This document shows positions 19,924 through 30,057 of a stretch of 64,000 nucleotides of DNA, in pieces. The stretch's first letter is position 1; each line of letters starts with the position of its first letter. The notes beneath the pieces were generated by a model, which saw only the letters and a program-made list of their open reading frames with translations, was not told where the DNA came from and made no database searches. This stretch comes from Candidatus Aenigmatarchaeota archaeon (GTDB taxonomy: Archaea > Aenigmatarchaeota > Aenigmatarchaeia > CG10238-14 > SpSt-28): contig JAVYPJ010000002.1 in NCBI GenBank assembly GCA_038733315.1, positions 96,001 through 160,000 of the forward strand. Direction: 5' to 3'. The translations under genes were made by a program, and so were the position numbers.

Positions 19924-20032
19924 GGGCCCGTAGCTCAGTATGGTAGAGCGGCGGGCTTTTAGTTTTAAACTAAAAGCTCTGATATAAAATGAAGAAACCC
20001 GTAGGTCGCGGGTTCAAATCCCGCCGGGCCCA
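19924..20032 (+). tRNA. tRNA-Lys(TTT) with 35-nt intron at 37/38 (19962..19996)
   Basis: GGGCCCG/CGGGCCC acceptor; GCGGG-CT TTT A[intron]A-CCCGT; CUUU pairs with intron GAAG. Confidence 0.9.
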
Positions 20033-20056
20033 AAAAATTAATTAAAATTCGAAAAA

Positions 20057-20920
20057 TTAGATTTTTGTTCTAATCTCTATGATATCTTTATCTTCTAGCT
20101 TAAAGTTTAGCCCAGCTCTTATTTCTTTTTCTCCTCTAACTACTATACAAAATTTAAACGTTTCTAACATTTTTTTATCAATTTCTTTTATTGCATCTTC
20201 AACGGTAGAACCTCTTTTAAGAATTAAAGCCCTTTCACTAATTTCTTTGCCCGGTGGTTTAGTGAATATTCTTATTTTATTTAGAGAATTCCAAATTTTG
20301 GTAAAAAGCTTATCATAACAATTTATAGAGTATTCTATATCGCTAACCTTCTTATCTTTTATAACTTCATTTAAAGCTAATATTAAATTATTTAAACTAT
20401 ATTTTTCTTTTATTTTATTAAATACTTCTATTTGAGTTTCTATTTCAATTGCGTTAGAAATCAAAAAAATATTTGCATCGGAAATTCTTGGAATCCACAT
20501 ATGTTGTGGAAGAAATAATGAAGGGATTTCAACTATTTGAAAATCTATACCTTCGAAAATAAACATTCCACTTTTTGGCTCTTTTGTTTCATATTCTTTT
20601 TCTGTACTCTCTAAATTTGTTCCACATAATCTATTTAGCCAATAGCTTTTTCCAGAGTTAGTAGTTCCAAGTAGAGAAACCAAAATACTCCCAGTTTTTT
20701 TAAAAAAAGAATATCCACCAGCTTTCTTACTTTTTTTCTCTAAAGCAGCTTTTAACTTAGATAACCTTTTCCTTAAATCAGCTAACAAATTTTCAGTTCC
20801 TTTATGTCTAGGTGTTACAGAAATAAGTTTTTCAAGCCAATAAATTTTTTCTTCCAAAGTTTTTGCATCCAAGTATTTTCTTTCTGTAGCATACCATTCA
20901 GCCGGTAAGTTAGCGGGCAT
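20057..20920 (-). CDS. DRG-like GTPase with TGS domain (short, divergent)
   Basis: MPANLP...PRHKGTENL, GTTNSGKS, C-terminal TGS (LEDKDIIEI). Confidence 0.85.
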   Translation of the reverse strand: MPANLPAEWYATERKYLDAKTLEEKIYWLEKLISVTPRHKGTENLLADLRKRLSKLKAALEKKSKKAGGYSFFKKTGSILVSLLGTTNSGKSYWLNRLCGTNLESTEKEYETKEPKSGMFIFEGIDFQIVEIPSLFLPQHMWIPRISDANIFLISNAIEIETQIEVFNKIKEKYSLNNLILALNEVIKDKKVSDIEYSINCYDKLFTKIWNSLNKIRIFTKPPGKEISERALILKRGSTVEDAIKEIDKKMLETFKFCIVVRGEKEIRAGLNFKLEDKDIIEIRTKI

Positions 20921-20949
20921 AATTAAAGATAAAAACGATATAAAAAATT

Positions 20950-21183
20950 ATGAAACTAAAAATGGAAATAGATCTTAAAGATGAAAAAATCTCGAATAAA
21001 ATTTTTAATTCTATATATCCAGACCTAAAGAAAGAAAAGATGTGTTTGGATGGGAGTAAAATAGTGTATGAAATAGAGGACGAAAACTTTTCTCATATTC
21101 TTGCTTCCTGTACATCTATATTAAAGCTAATAAACGAGGCTATAAAGATAGAAAGAAATCTTGAGGAAAAAAAGTTAAAATAG
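20950..21183 (+). CDS. KEOPS complex subunit Pcc1-like
   Basis: 77 aa; IFNSIYPD and ILASCTSILKLI resemble Pcc1. Confidence 0.6.
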   Translation: MKLKMEIDLKDEKISNKIFNSIYPDLKKEKMCLDGSKIVYEIEDENFSHILASCTSILKLINEAIKIERNLEEKKLK

Positions 21184-21949
21184 TGAGCTGAAATAATTTT
21201 TCAAGGATTAGAAGAACTAAAACAAATAGAAATGTTGGAGCATATCTTACACCCTCTTTTATATAAACATATCTTACACCTTTTTTCTTTAGTTCCATAA
21301 TTTCTTTTTTAGTTATCCCTCTCCATGTTTTGAAATCGTATAATACATCACCTTCTTTAAGCTCAGTTATAGAAACTCTTTTAATCATAAGTTTTTTTAC
21401 ATAGTTTAGAAAGGGTATAGAAAGATAAAGAAATATTAAGAATGAAAATAGAAATTCAACAAATTTCATAGATTGGATAAAGTATAAAGAAATAAACAAG
21501 AGGTATAAAGATGAAATCATAGAAAGTATAGATATAGCTGGCATTTTTTCATTTCTTTTAGAAACTATAACAAAAATAAGTGAAAAGATAAATATAAAAA
21601 TTATTCCTGTAGAAAACGTAATTAAAATCCAATTAATAATTTCAAAAAAGTTTCTAAATACATTCAACAAACCTAAGGATAAGAGTAGAAAAGAATCACC
21701 CATACCCCATTGGCCAGTAAAATACAACAAAAAACCTATTCCACCAAAAGCTATTAAATTAATAGCTAAATTTTTTAAAATATTTGTATCTTGATAATAA
21801 AAAAATTGAAGTATGTTTATTGCTAAAAGAATTGATATAAAGAAATAAACTTCCATATCTTTAATTTCTGTAGTTTTAATATCATCAATACTGGCCTTTG
21901 TAAAAAATATTTTTGTTACTATTATTTTTGATAAATCAAAAAAGTCCAT
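21140..21949 (-). CDS. A24 family prepilin/preflagellin peptidase
   Basis: ASIDDIKTTEI, WGMGD catalytic motifs, TMs, LKEGDV and GVRYAP C-terminus. Confidence 0.85.
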   Translation of the reverse strand: MDFFDLSKIIVTKIFFTKASIDDIKTTEIKDMEVYFFISILLAINILQFFYYQDTNILKNLAINLIAFGGIGFLLYFTGQWGMGDSFLLLSLGLLNVFRNFFEIINWILITFSTGIIFIFIFSLIFVIVSKRNEKMPAISILSMISSLYLLFISLYFIQSMKFVEFLFSFLIFLYLSIPFLNYVKKLMIKRVSITELKEGDVLYDFKTWRGITKKEIMELKKKGVRYVYIKEGVRYAPTFLFVLVLLILEKLFQLTILTFFPQDFFLSL

Positions 21950-21981
21950 AAGTTAATATTAATGATATTTGGTATATTATT

Positions 21982-23811
21982 ATGTTAAGATTTCTGGCAA
22001 GAGATTTAAACCTTAATTTAGAGGATTTAGAAATAAAGGATAAGTATGGAGATATTAGCTTTAACATTTTTAAAATTTCAAAGAAATATAGTATTAATTC
22101 GGAAATTATTGAGAAAGAGCTTGAAAAAAATATTAAAAGTTCTATTTATATAAAGAAAGTTGAAAAGATTAATGGGTTTATAAATTTATACCTAAATTGG
22201 CCAAAAGTTTTAACAAAGTTTTTAAAAGAAAAAATAGTTGAAGAAAAAATTATAGCTAACAAAATTCTTGTAGAACATACTAGTGCTAATCCAAACAAAG
22301 CTTTGCACGTAGGTCATTTAAGAAATGCGTGCTTAGGCGATAGTATATATAGATTTTTGAAAAAACTCGGAAATAAAGTATACGTTGCAAATTATATAGA
22401 CGATACCGGATCACAAATGGCAGAGCTTTTAATAGCTTTTAGATATTTGAATAAAAATATTGAAACAGAAGAAAAATTTGATTTATATTGCGGGAAAATT
22501 TATGCTGAAGTAAATAAGTTATTAGAAACGGATGAAAATATAAAAAAGTTAAAGAGTGTTATAATAAAAGATTTAGAAAGAAAAAACTCTTTTATTTCGG
22601 AATTTAATAGAGAAATTGTTAATAAAGTTGTGTTATCGCAGCTAGAAACTTTATGGTATTTAGATATATATTTCGATTTTTTAAATAAAGAAAGCGATAT
22701 TTTAAATTTCGGCTTATGGAATGAAACTTTTGAAAGGCTTAGCAAAGTGGGAAAAATAGAATTTATAGAAGGCGGAGAAGAAATCGATAAGTTAGATGAA
22801 TATTCAACTTCTATGACTAAAAGAAAAGTAGGAACATATGTTATAAAGTCAAAATCTACCGATTTAGTTTTAGTAAAAAGCGATGGAACTCTTACATATT
22901 TGGCAAAGGATATTGCTTACGCTCTTTGGAAGCATGGAATTCTATCTAAGAATTTTTTGTTTTCTGAATTTGTTAAACAACCAAATGGAAAAATTCTATA
23001 TCAAACATACGAATTAGGAAGAAAGATAGAGGATTTTGAAAATTTCGATTTAACTATTAATATTATCGGTAGAGAGCAAGCAGAAAATCAGTATGTAATA
23101 GAGAAACTCATTAACGAATTTTCAAAAAATAAAAAATACGTATATTATTCCTACGGTTTAGTATTTTTATCTAAGAATGCATTAAAAGAGCTTGGAATAA
23201 ACTTAGAAGAGGAAAAAAGCTTTTTAAAAATGAGCGGTAGAAAAGGATTAGTAATAAATGTTGACGATTTAATTAAAAAATTTGAAGAAAAGGTCGAGAA
23301 AAATCTTAAAGATAGAGGTATTCAAAATAAAGATTTAGTTAGAAAGATTGTTAAGAGTTGTTTGAGATATGAAATGATAAAATTAGATAGAAACAAAGAT
23401 TTAATTTTTGACTTTGAAAATGCTATGAAAATAGATGGGAATTCTGCACTATATCTTATGTATACATATGCAAGAATAAACTCTATAATAAAAAAACTAG
23501 AAGAAAAGAATGATTTAGAAATTAATGAGTTTGATTGTGAGTTGGAAGAATATGAGTTGAGTTTAGCTAAACATATTTTAATGTTAGATTCCATTATAAA
23601 CTCCTCTTTAAAGAATTTGGAGATAAATCAAATCGCGAATTACTGCTATGAGTTAGCTAAAAATTTTAACATTTTCTATGAAAAATGCAGAATAGTTGAT
23701 GAAAAGGATAGGAATAAAAAAGAGTTAAGGAAATGTTTACTATTTTTAACAAAAAATATATTTGATTTTCTTTTTGAGGTTATAGGCATAGAGAAGGTCG
23801 AAAGGATTTAA
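21982..23811 (+). CDS. argS: arginine--tRNA ligase
   Basis: EHTSANPNKALHVGH, KMSGRKG, YLMYTYARI. Confidence 0.97.
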   Translation: MLRFLARDLNLNLEDLEIKDKYGDISFNIFKISKKYSINSEIIEKELEKNIKSSIYIKKVEKINGFINLYLNWPKVLTKFLKEKIVEEKIIANKILVEHTSANPNKALHVGHLRNACLGDSIYRFLKKLGNKVYVANYIDDTGSQMAELLIAFRYLNKNIETEEKFDLYCGKIYAEVNKLLETDENIKKLKSVIIKDLERKNSFISEFNREIVNKVVLSQLETLWYLDIYFDFLNKESDILNFGLWNETFERLSKVGKIEFIEGGEEIDKLDEYSTSMTKRKVGTYVIKSKSTDLVLVKSDGTLTYLAKDIAYALWKHGILSKNFLFSEFVKQPNGKILYQTYELGRKIEDFENFDLTINIIGREQAENQYVIEKLINEFSKNKKYVYYSYGLVFLSKNALKELGINLEEEKSFLKMSGRKGLVINVDDLIKKFEEKVEKNLKDRGIQNKDLVRKIVKSCLRYEMIKLDRNKDLIFDFENAMKIDGNSALYLMYTYARINSIIKKLEEKNDLEINEFDCELEEYELSLAKHILMLDSIINSSLKNLEINQIANYCYELAKNFNIFYEKCRIVDEKDRNKKELRKCLLFLTKNIFDFLFEVIGIEKVERI

Positions 23812-23836
23812 ATTTTTAATTAATGAATTAAATACT

Positions 23837-24298
23837 ATGCTGCTATCTGTTATAAGGCTAAGGAGTGGGATAAAAGCTGGGAAAGAAATAAAAGATACTT
23901 TAATGCTTTTGAATTTAAGATATATAAATTCTTGTGTATTGGTTGAGGATAACAAATCTATATTAGGAATGTTAAAAAAAGTAAAAGATTATGTTTGCTA
24001 TGGAGAGATAGATAAAGATGTATTAACACTTTTGCTAAAAAAAAGACTAAGAAAAATTGGGGATAGGAAAGTTGAACTCGAAGATTTAAAAAAATATGGC
24101 ATAAACTCTTTCGAAGAATTGGCTGAAATCCTATATACAGGAAAAAAGAGTTTAAAAAATTTTAAAGAATTCAAAAAAGTTTTTAGGTTGCATCCACCAA
24201 AAGGCGGTTTTAAGAAAAGTAAAAAATTAGAATATCCAAAGGGAATTTTAGGATATGTCGGAAAAGAAATTAATGAAGTACTGAAAAGAATGATATAA
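23837..24298 (+). CDS. rpl30: 50S ribosomal protein uL30 (L30P)
   Basis: VIRLR, GMLKKVKDYVCYGE, FRLHPPKGG. Confidence 0.95.
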   Translation: MLLSVIRLRSGIKAGKEIKDTLMLLNLRYINSCVLVEDNKSILGMLKKVKDYVCYGEIDKDVLTLLLKKRLRKIGDRKVELEDLKKYGINSFEELAEILYTGKKSLKNFKEFKKVFRLHPPKGGFKKSKKLEYPKGILGYVGKEINEVLKRMI

Positions 24299-24805
24299 AT
24301 GAAGATTTTTATTAGCGGTTTGCCTAGATGCGGAAAAACAACTTTAATAAAAAAGATTTTTGAAAGTTATAAGGATAGAATTTTAATCAGCGGATTTTAT
24401 ACTGAGGAAATTTTGAATTCTATGAATGAGAGAATTGGTTTTAGAATTTTTTCTATTGATTTAAATAAAGAATTTTTATTTGCATCCAAATTAGAAAAAT
24501 CAAACATAAAATACGCTGGATATAATCTTTTTCTTGAAAATTTAGAAAAAGTATTAAATTCGATAAAACTCGATTCGAATTTAATTTTAATAGATGAAAT
24601 AGGTAAAATGGAAATGCTTAGTAAGAGGTTCGAAGAATTTGTTTTTAAAATTTTAAATTCTAACATTAATCTAATAGCTACTTTACATAGAGCTTATTTT
24701 TATAAATTTTCAAAATGCGGAAAAGTTTTTTGGTTAGAAAAAGCAAACTGGCAAAAAATATATGATGAAATTTTAAAGATTATTCAAAATACTTTTTTAC
24801 GTTAA
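24299..24805 (+). CDS. nucleoside triphosphatase (NTPase_1/THEP1)
   Basis: SGLPRCGKTT, GFYTEE, IDEIGKME. Confidence 0.92.
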   Translation: MKIFISGLPRCGKTTLIKKIFESYKDRILISGFYTEEILNSMNERIGFRIFSIDLNKEFLFASKLEKSNIKYAGYNLFLENLEKVLNSIKLDSNLILIDEIGKMEMLSKRFEEFVFKILNSNINLIATLHRAYFYKFSKCGKVFWLEKANWQKIYDEILKIIQNTFLR

Positions 24806-24837
24806 ACTTATGTTATTAATTTATTATGTATTTTAAT

Positions 24838-24911
24838 GGGCGGGTAGCTTAGCCTGGTGGAGCGCCCGGCTGATAACCGGGAGGTCGGGAGTTCAAATCT
24901 CCCCCCGCCCA
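24838..24911 (+). tRNA. tRNA-Ile(GAT)
   Basis: GGGCGGG/CCCGCCC-A; CCCGG-CT GAT AA-CCGGG. Confidence 0.97.
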
Positions 24912-24912
24912 A

Positions 24913-25275
24913 CTATATAAACAAAGAAAGCTTAGCCGAGAAAAACCTTAGATATATTTTTCTTATTCTAGTGAATTTTCCCTTTACAAAACAGTTAACA
25001 CTAATGAATTTTATTTCAAAGTTCCTTTTTATAAAGGATACTAAGTTTAAATATATTGCACTTATCTTGGTATAAAACCATAAAAAGATTATCGCAGATA
25101 CGACCATAGTAATTCCTATGTTAATTGGTAACAAAATCTGTTTTATGTCCAATCTTAGCGTGGCTGATATTAGAGTTCCGAAAAACACAAGAACATCCAA
25201 AACAGTGCTATAAATTGCTAAATCTATCATAATCTTTTTGGCAAGGTTTTTATTTTGCAAAATTTCAAATATCAT
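24913..25275 (-). CDS. hypothetical membrane protein
   Basis: 120-aa ORF with two hydrophobic segments. Confidence 0.5.
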   Translation of the reverse strand: MIFEILQNKNLAKKIMIDLAIYSTVLDVLVFFGTLISATLRLDIKQILLPINIGITMVVSAIIFLWFYTKISAIYLNLVSFIKRNFEIKFISVNCFVKGKFTRIRKIYLRFFSAKLSLFI

Positions 25276-25309
25276 ATTTTAAAATGTGCAAACTCTCTTA
25301 TAAAGATTT

Positions 25310-26683
25310 CTATGAAATTTTGATTTTTTCAGCTATTCTTTCAACTATTTGTTTTAATTCTTCAAATCTTTTTTCACTCTTAGATTCATAAGCAATAGAA
25401 ATTTTAGGTTCTGTATTAGATGGTCTTACAGTAATCCAACTGTCTTTATCTATCCAAATTTTAACTCCATCTATAGTTTCTGGTTTATAATCCTTAAACT
25501 CTTCTTTTAATTCCTCAACTATTTTGAATTTTAACTCTTCCTTAGTTTCTATTCTTTTAGTTTCATAATAATAGCTAGGAACATCTTTTACTATTTCGGA
25601 AACTTTTTTATTTGTTTTAGAAAGAAACTCCAAAATTTTTAAAGTTATAAAGATAGTATCATCAAGATAGAAATTTTCTTTTACATAAAAATGGTAAGAG
25701 ATTTCAGCACCTAAGAAAGCTTTGTTTTTAAACATTTCTCTTTGAATATAACATCTGCCAACTTTTGATACTATAGGCTTAGCTCCAAATTTCTTAATCT
25801 CTTCTATAGCCGCTAAGGAGCTCAAAACTTCTATAACTACTTTTTTGTTTTTCATTTTTTTGCCATAGCTATGCATTAGTAGGGATAGAATTTGGTGGGA
25901 AGAAAGGACATTCCCCTTTTCATCAACTATAACAACTCTATCCGCATCTCCATCATATGCAAATCCAATATCTGCTTTTTCTGTTAAAATTTTTTCTACT
26001 AGTTTGGATAGATTTTCCTTTTTTGGCTCTGGCGATCTATTTGGAAAGTTTCCATCGAATCTACAATAAAGCTCTATTACATTACCTTTATTAAACATTT
26101 TTACAATTTTTGGAGCTAATTCGCTAGCAGCACCGTTACCAGCGTCTATTAAAACTTTAAGATTGCTTTCAAAACAAAACTTATCTTTAAGATATTTTAT
26201 GTACAACTCCTCTATATTTATTTTTTGAACATTTCCAATTCTGCTAGTTTTTTTAAAGTTTTTACTTATAAAAATTTCTTTAACTTTTGACAGACCATAA
26301 TCTAATCCAAGCTCTAAGCCCTTATCGTTAATTATAAAACCATTCCATTCTTTTGGATTATGAGAAGCAGTTATAGTAACACCAAATCTGCAATTAAGTA
26401 GTATTACCGCTAGATTGCATAGCGGCGTTGGATTAATTCCAATATCTATTACATTCATTCCACTCTCAACTAAGCCTTTAATAAGTGAGTTTTTAAGACT
26501 TTCACTACTAATCCTTACATCACTATTTATTACCACTTTCTTATTTCTACAACAAAAATAGCTTGATAGAGCTTTTCCTAGTTCATAAGCAAAATCTTCA
26601 TTTATTTCGTTCGGATATATTCCTCTAATATCATAAGCTCTAAATATTTTTGAGTATATCTGATTTTCCATAAAATATTGCAA
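25310..26683 (-). CDS. phosphomannomutase/phosphoglucomutase
   Basis: IFRAYDIRG, TASHNP, DGDADR, RPSNTEP; true start may be the ATG at 26671. Confidence 0.95.
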   Translation of the reverse strand: MQYFMENQIYSKIFRAYDIRGIYPNEINEDFAYELGKALSSYFCCRNKKVVINSDVRISSESLKNSLIKGLVESGMNVIDIGINPTPLCNLAVILLNCRFGVTITASHNPKEWNGFIINDKGLELGLDYGLSKVKEIFISKNFKKTSRIGNVQKINIEELYIKYLKDKFCFESNLKVLIDAGNGAASELAPKIVKMFNKGNVIELYCRFDGNFPNRSPEPKKENLSKLVEKILTEKADIGFAYDGDADRVVIVDEKGNVLSSHQILSLLMHSYGKKMKNKKVVIEVLSSLAAIEEIKKFGAKPIVSKVGRCYIQREMFKNKAFLGAEISYHFYVKENFYLDDTIFITLKILEFLSKTNKKVSEIVKDVPSYYYETKRIETKEELKFKIVEELKEEFKDYKPETIDGVKIWIDKDSWITVRPSNTEPKISIAYESKSEKRFEELKQIVERIAEKIKIS

Positions 26684-26706
26684 TATAAATTAACTTTTTA
26701 ATTTTT

Positions 26707-27978
26707 ATGGAAAAAAAGGTTTATACAATAGAATTTTTCTTAGACGTTGCTTCACAATTCATAGTACCATTTGTAACTTTTTATGCAATTTATTTGGGTT
26801 TTTCTAACATTTTTATAGGCATCTTTAATGCAATGCTAAGTGTATCTTATGTATTAACTTTTTTTATATCTTTATTTTTAATAAATTCTCAAATAATAAA
26901 AAGAGTATTTTCTATTTCTTTATTAATTTGGGGTATTTCTTTTGTAATGCTTTATTATTCATTTTCAGAAACACTCTTTTTAATTTCAATTTTTTTAAGA
27001 ACAATTTCTAGTTCGATAATTTCTGCTTGCTATACTTGGCTTATCTCTAAGATTTTTAGAAAAAACACCTTTGAAAAAATTTCAAATTTATCTATAATTT
27101 ACACTTCTATAACTTTGTTCGCTACAATATTTTCTGGAATACTAATTAAAGAGTATGGATATTTTCAGTTTATTTTCTATATACCTTTAATTTTTTCTAT
27201 CTTTTCGATAATAGTTCTAGAAAAAATAAAAATAGTAGATAAGGATAAGAACTATAGCGTAAATAAAAATCCATTAGATTATATAAAAGGAAACATTTTA
27301 CAGAACTTTATTGACAAAAAATTAAAGAACTATGCTATATCTCTTTTTACATTTTATTTTTCTGTAGGAATTGCCTCTTCATTTTTTCCAGTTTTTCTAA
27401 AGAAGGTTTTGGGTTTATCTGAATTCGAATGGGCGTTAATTACTTGCGTTGAAATGATATCGTTTTTATTGTTTTTTTCAGCTATAAAGAATGTTAAAAA
27501 AACTTTTAGTATTTTAACTTTGTTTGGTGTTTCAACTTTTATAATTTCTTTAATACCTTTAGTTTGGATAGTAAGCAAAAATCTTATAGTTATAATTCTT
27601 TTCAGCTTTTTCTCTGGAATCGCATGGCAACTTTTTTCTATACTCCATTTAACTTACGTTTCTAAAAACTTTGGAATAATTAATAAAATAAGTTTTTTAA
27701 ATGTTTTTATAGGATTAGGTTTAATGCTTGGAAATTTGATTGGCGGAATTATTTCTGAAATAAATTTAGAATATGTTTTTTATATTTCTTTTGTCTTTAG
27801 ATTTTTTTCATCATATTTATTCACATCCTTTATAAGTAGAAGAACAATTTCTATTTCTGATATATACAAAAACGTCTTTATTTCACTAGATTTCTTTGCT
27901 TATTTACTAAAGGAATTTGCAATTCAGTTTAAATCCTTGGCCCCCTATAATCACAAAAAGGACACTCATAAATCTTAA
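26707..27978 (+). CDS. MFS transporter
   Basis: About 12 hydrophobic segments in two halves with a central hydrophilic loop. Confidence 0.75.
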   Translation: MEKKVYTIEFFLDVASQFIVPFVTFYAIYLGFSNIFIGIFNAMLSVSYVLTFFISLFLINSQIIKRVFSISLLIWGISFVMLYYSFSETLFLISIFLRTISSSIISACYTWLISKIFRKNTFEKISNLSIIYTSITLFATIFSGILIKEYGYFQFIFYIPLIFSIFSIIVLEKIKIVDKDKNYSVNKNPLDYIKGNILQNFIDKKLKNYAISLFTFYFSVGIASSFFPVFLKKVLGLSEFEWALITCVEMISFLLFFSAIKNVKKTFSILTLFGVSTFIISLIPLVWIVSKNLIVIILFSFFSGIAWQLFSILHLTYVSKNFGIINKISFLNVFIGLGLMLGNLIGGIISEINLEYVFYISFVFRFFSSYLFTSFISRRTISISDIYKNVFISLDFFAYLLKEFAIQFKSLAPYNHKKDTHKS

Positions 27979-28087
27979 TTACTACGCTAGATTTTTCATT
28001 TTGCGAAAATAGTTCGAACTTAACTCTTGCATTTTTACCACACTTTGGACATTTATCGAAAACTGGGATTTCATTAAGCAAAGCCAT
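27929..28087 (-). CDS. small zinc-ribbon protein (52 aa)
   Basis: MALLNE...CPKC...YECPFCDY; ATG at 28087 avoids overlap with serS. Confidence 0.6.
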   Translation of the reverse strand: MALLNEIPVFDKCPKCGKNARVKFELFSQNEKSSVVIKIYECPFCDYRGPRI

Positions 28088-28112
28088 ATAAATATTAAGA
28101 TATAAAAAATTT

Positions 28113-29432
28113 ATGCTTAGCATAAGGTTGCTCAGATCTAATAAGGAATTAATAATAGAAAATTTGAAGAAGAGGAATCAAGAGGAACTAATTTCCTTAG
28201 TAGACGAATGTTTGAGATTAGATAATGAGTGGAGAAGAGTAATTAAAGAACTTAACGATTTAAGAAAAAAACTGAACGAATTAAGCAAAGAGTATGCAAA
28301 TAAAGGCGATGAAAAATTAATAGAAGAGGCTAATAGGATAAAAGATGAGATAGAAAAATTAGAAAAAATGCAAAATGAATTGATTAATAAAAGAGATGAA
28401 ATTCTTCAAAATTTACCAAATTTAATTCATGAAAGTGTTCCATATGGTAAGGATGAAAGAGATAACGTACCTATAAAATATTATGGAGTTCCAAAAGTTA
28501 AAAAAAGTAAAGAAAATGAATTTGAAGAGAATTTCCCAAACTTAAATTACACAATTTCTGAGCTTGAAATACCAATTCATGCAGATTTAATGGAAAATTA
28601 TAAATTAATAGATACATTAAGAGCTTCCAAGGTAAGCGGTTCTAGATTTTATTATTTAAAAAATCAAATAGTAATACTTAACTTATCCTTAATTAGATAC
28701 GGTATAGACTTTTTAATAGAGAAAGGTTTTACGATAATGCAAACACCATTCTTAGTTAGAGAATTTGTAATGAATGGAGCTACACAAAAAAAATTATATC
28801 AGGAAGATGCGTATAAAATAAGCGAAGAAGATTTGTGGCTAATTCCAACTAGTGAATTCTCTATTCTAGGCTATCATGCAAACGAGATATTAGAAGAAAA
28901 AGAATTACCTTTAAAATACGCCGGCTTAAGTAGTTGTTTCAGAAAAGAGGCTGGTTCGCATGGGAAAGATACTAAGGGTATTTTTAGGGTGCATCAATTC
29001 GAAAAGGTGGAGCAATTCATTTTTTGCAAGCCAGAAGAAAGTTGGGAAATGCATGAATATCTAATAAAAAATGTAGAGGAATTTTACCAATCCTTAGAAA
29101 TTCCTTATAGAATAGTTAATATTTGTAGCGGAGATTTAGGACCTATAGCCGCTAAAAAATATGATTTAGAGGCATGGTTTCCTGGTCAAAACAGTTTTAG
29201 AGAATTGGTTAGCTGCTCAAATTGTTTGGATTATCAAGCAAGAAGAGTTAATATAAGATTTAGAAGAAAGAATGGAGAAGTAGAATTTGTTCATACACTT
29301 AATTCAACATTAGTCGCTACAGAGAGAACTATATGCGCTATTTTCGAAAATTTCTTTGACGGAAAAGGAATAGAAATACCTAAAAAACTAGTAAAGTATA
29401 CAGGATTTGATTATATAAATCTTTGTGAATGA
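28113..29432 (+). CDS. serS: serine--tRNA ligase
   Basis: LIPTSE, CFRKEAG, RVHQFEKVEQF, ELVSCSNC, HTLNST. Confidence 0.98.
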   Translation: MLSIRLLRSNKELIIENLKKRNQEELISLVDECLRLDNEWRRVIKELNDLRKKLNELSKEYANKGDEKLIEEANRIKDEIEKLEKMQNELINKRDEILQNLPNLIHESVPYGKDERDNVPIKYYGVPKVKKSKENEFEENFPNLNYTISELEIPIHADLMENYKLIDTLRASKVSGSRFYYLKNQIVILNLSLIRYGIDFLIEKGFTIMQTPFLVREFVMNGATQKKLYQEDAYKISEEDLWLIPTSEFSILGYHANEILEEKELPLKYAGLSSCFRKEAGSHGKDTKGIFRVHQFEKVEQFIFCKPEESWEMHEYLIKNVEEFYQSLEIPYRIVNICSGDLGPIAAKKYDLEAWFPGQNSFRELVSCSNCLDYQARRVNIRFRRKNGEVEFVHTLNSTLVATERTICAIFENFFDGKGIEIPKKLVKYTGFDYINLCE

Positions 29433-30052
29433 GAGCATTTATATTTGTTTCTCATGGATATACTACGTATAAAATTAAAGATTTTTATAAAGCCGGTAGA
29501 TTAGATATTGCAATCCATTCAATAATTCATGCTTTTTTTATTTCTAATGGACTAAGAAAAGATGTGGAGTTTAACTTGCTTTTATATGGTCGTCCAAAAC
29601 CGCCAATTAGAATTAAAATGGTTTCAAACATTAAAACTCCATGGAGCAAAAAAGATATAGAATCTCTAATAAAAATCTCTTTGTGGAAGTTTTATAAAAA
29701 AGGTGAAAAGCCTATAGAGAGTTTGAAGGGAGTTTATGTAGATAGAAGTGGCTTAAAAGAAACCTTAGAAGAATACAAGAATAAAGACTTTAAAATATTT
29801 TTGTTAGACATTAGCGGAAAGCCTATAGAAGATGTAGAGATTTGTAAAAATGCTGTGTTTGTTCTTGGAGATTTCTTAGGTTTAAAAAAGGAGCACTTTA
29901 AAATAGCAGAAATGTATAAAGACGATATAATTTCTCTCGGAAAAATTCCATACTTTTCTTCTCAATGTATTTTTCTTCTCAATTATTTTTATGACAAAAA
30001 ATTTGGGTGCGAATTTTGGGATACAAAAGATAGATTTAAAGCAAATATATGA
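29429..30052 (+). CDS. trmY: tRNA (pseudouridine54-N1)-methyltransferase
   Basis: GRLD, FFISNGLRKDV, FVLGD.LG, ISLG SPOUT motifs. Confidence 0.85.
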   Translation: MRAFIFVSHGYTTYKIKDFYKAGRLDIAIHSIIHAFFISNGLRKDVEFNLLLYGRPKPPIRIKMVSNIKTPWSKKDIESLIKISLWKFYKKGEKPIESLKGVYVDRSGLKETLEEYKNKDFKIFLLDISGKPIEDVEICKNAVFVLGDFLGLKKEHFKIAEMYKDDIISLGKIPYFSSQCIFLLNYFYDKKFGCEFWDTKDRFKANI

Positions 30053-30057
30053 AAAAG

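Noticed and set aside
24857..25075. 72-aa ORF; likewise 52803..53006
   Set aside because: Start inside tRNA genes and run antisense to better-supported ORFs.
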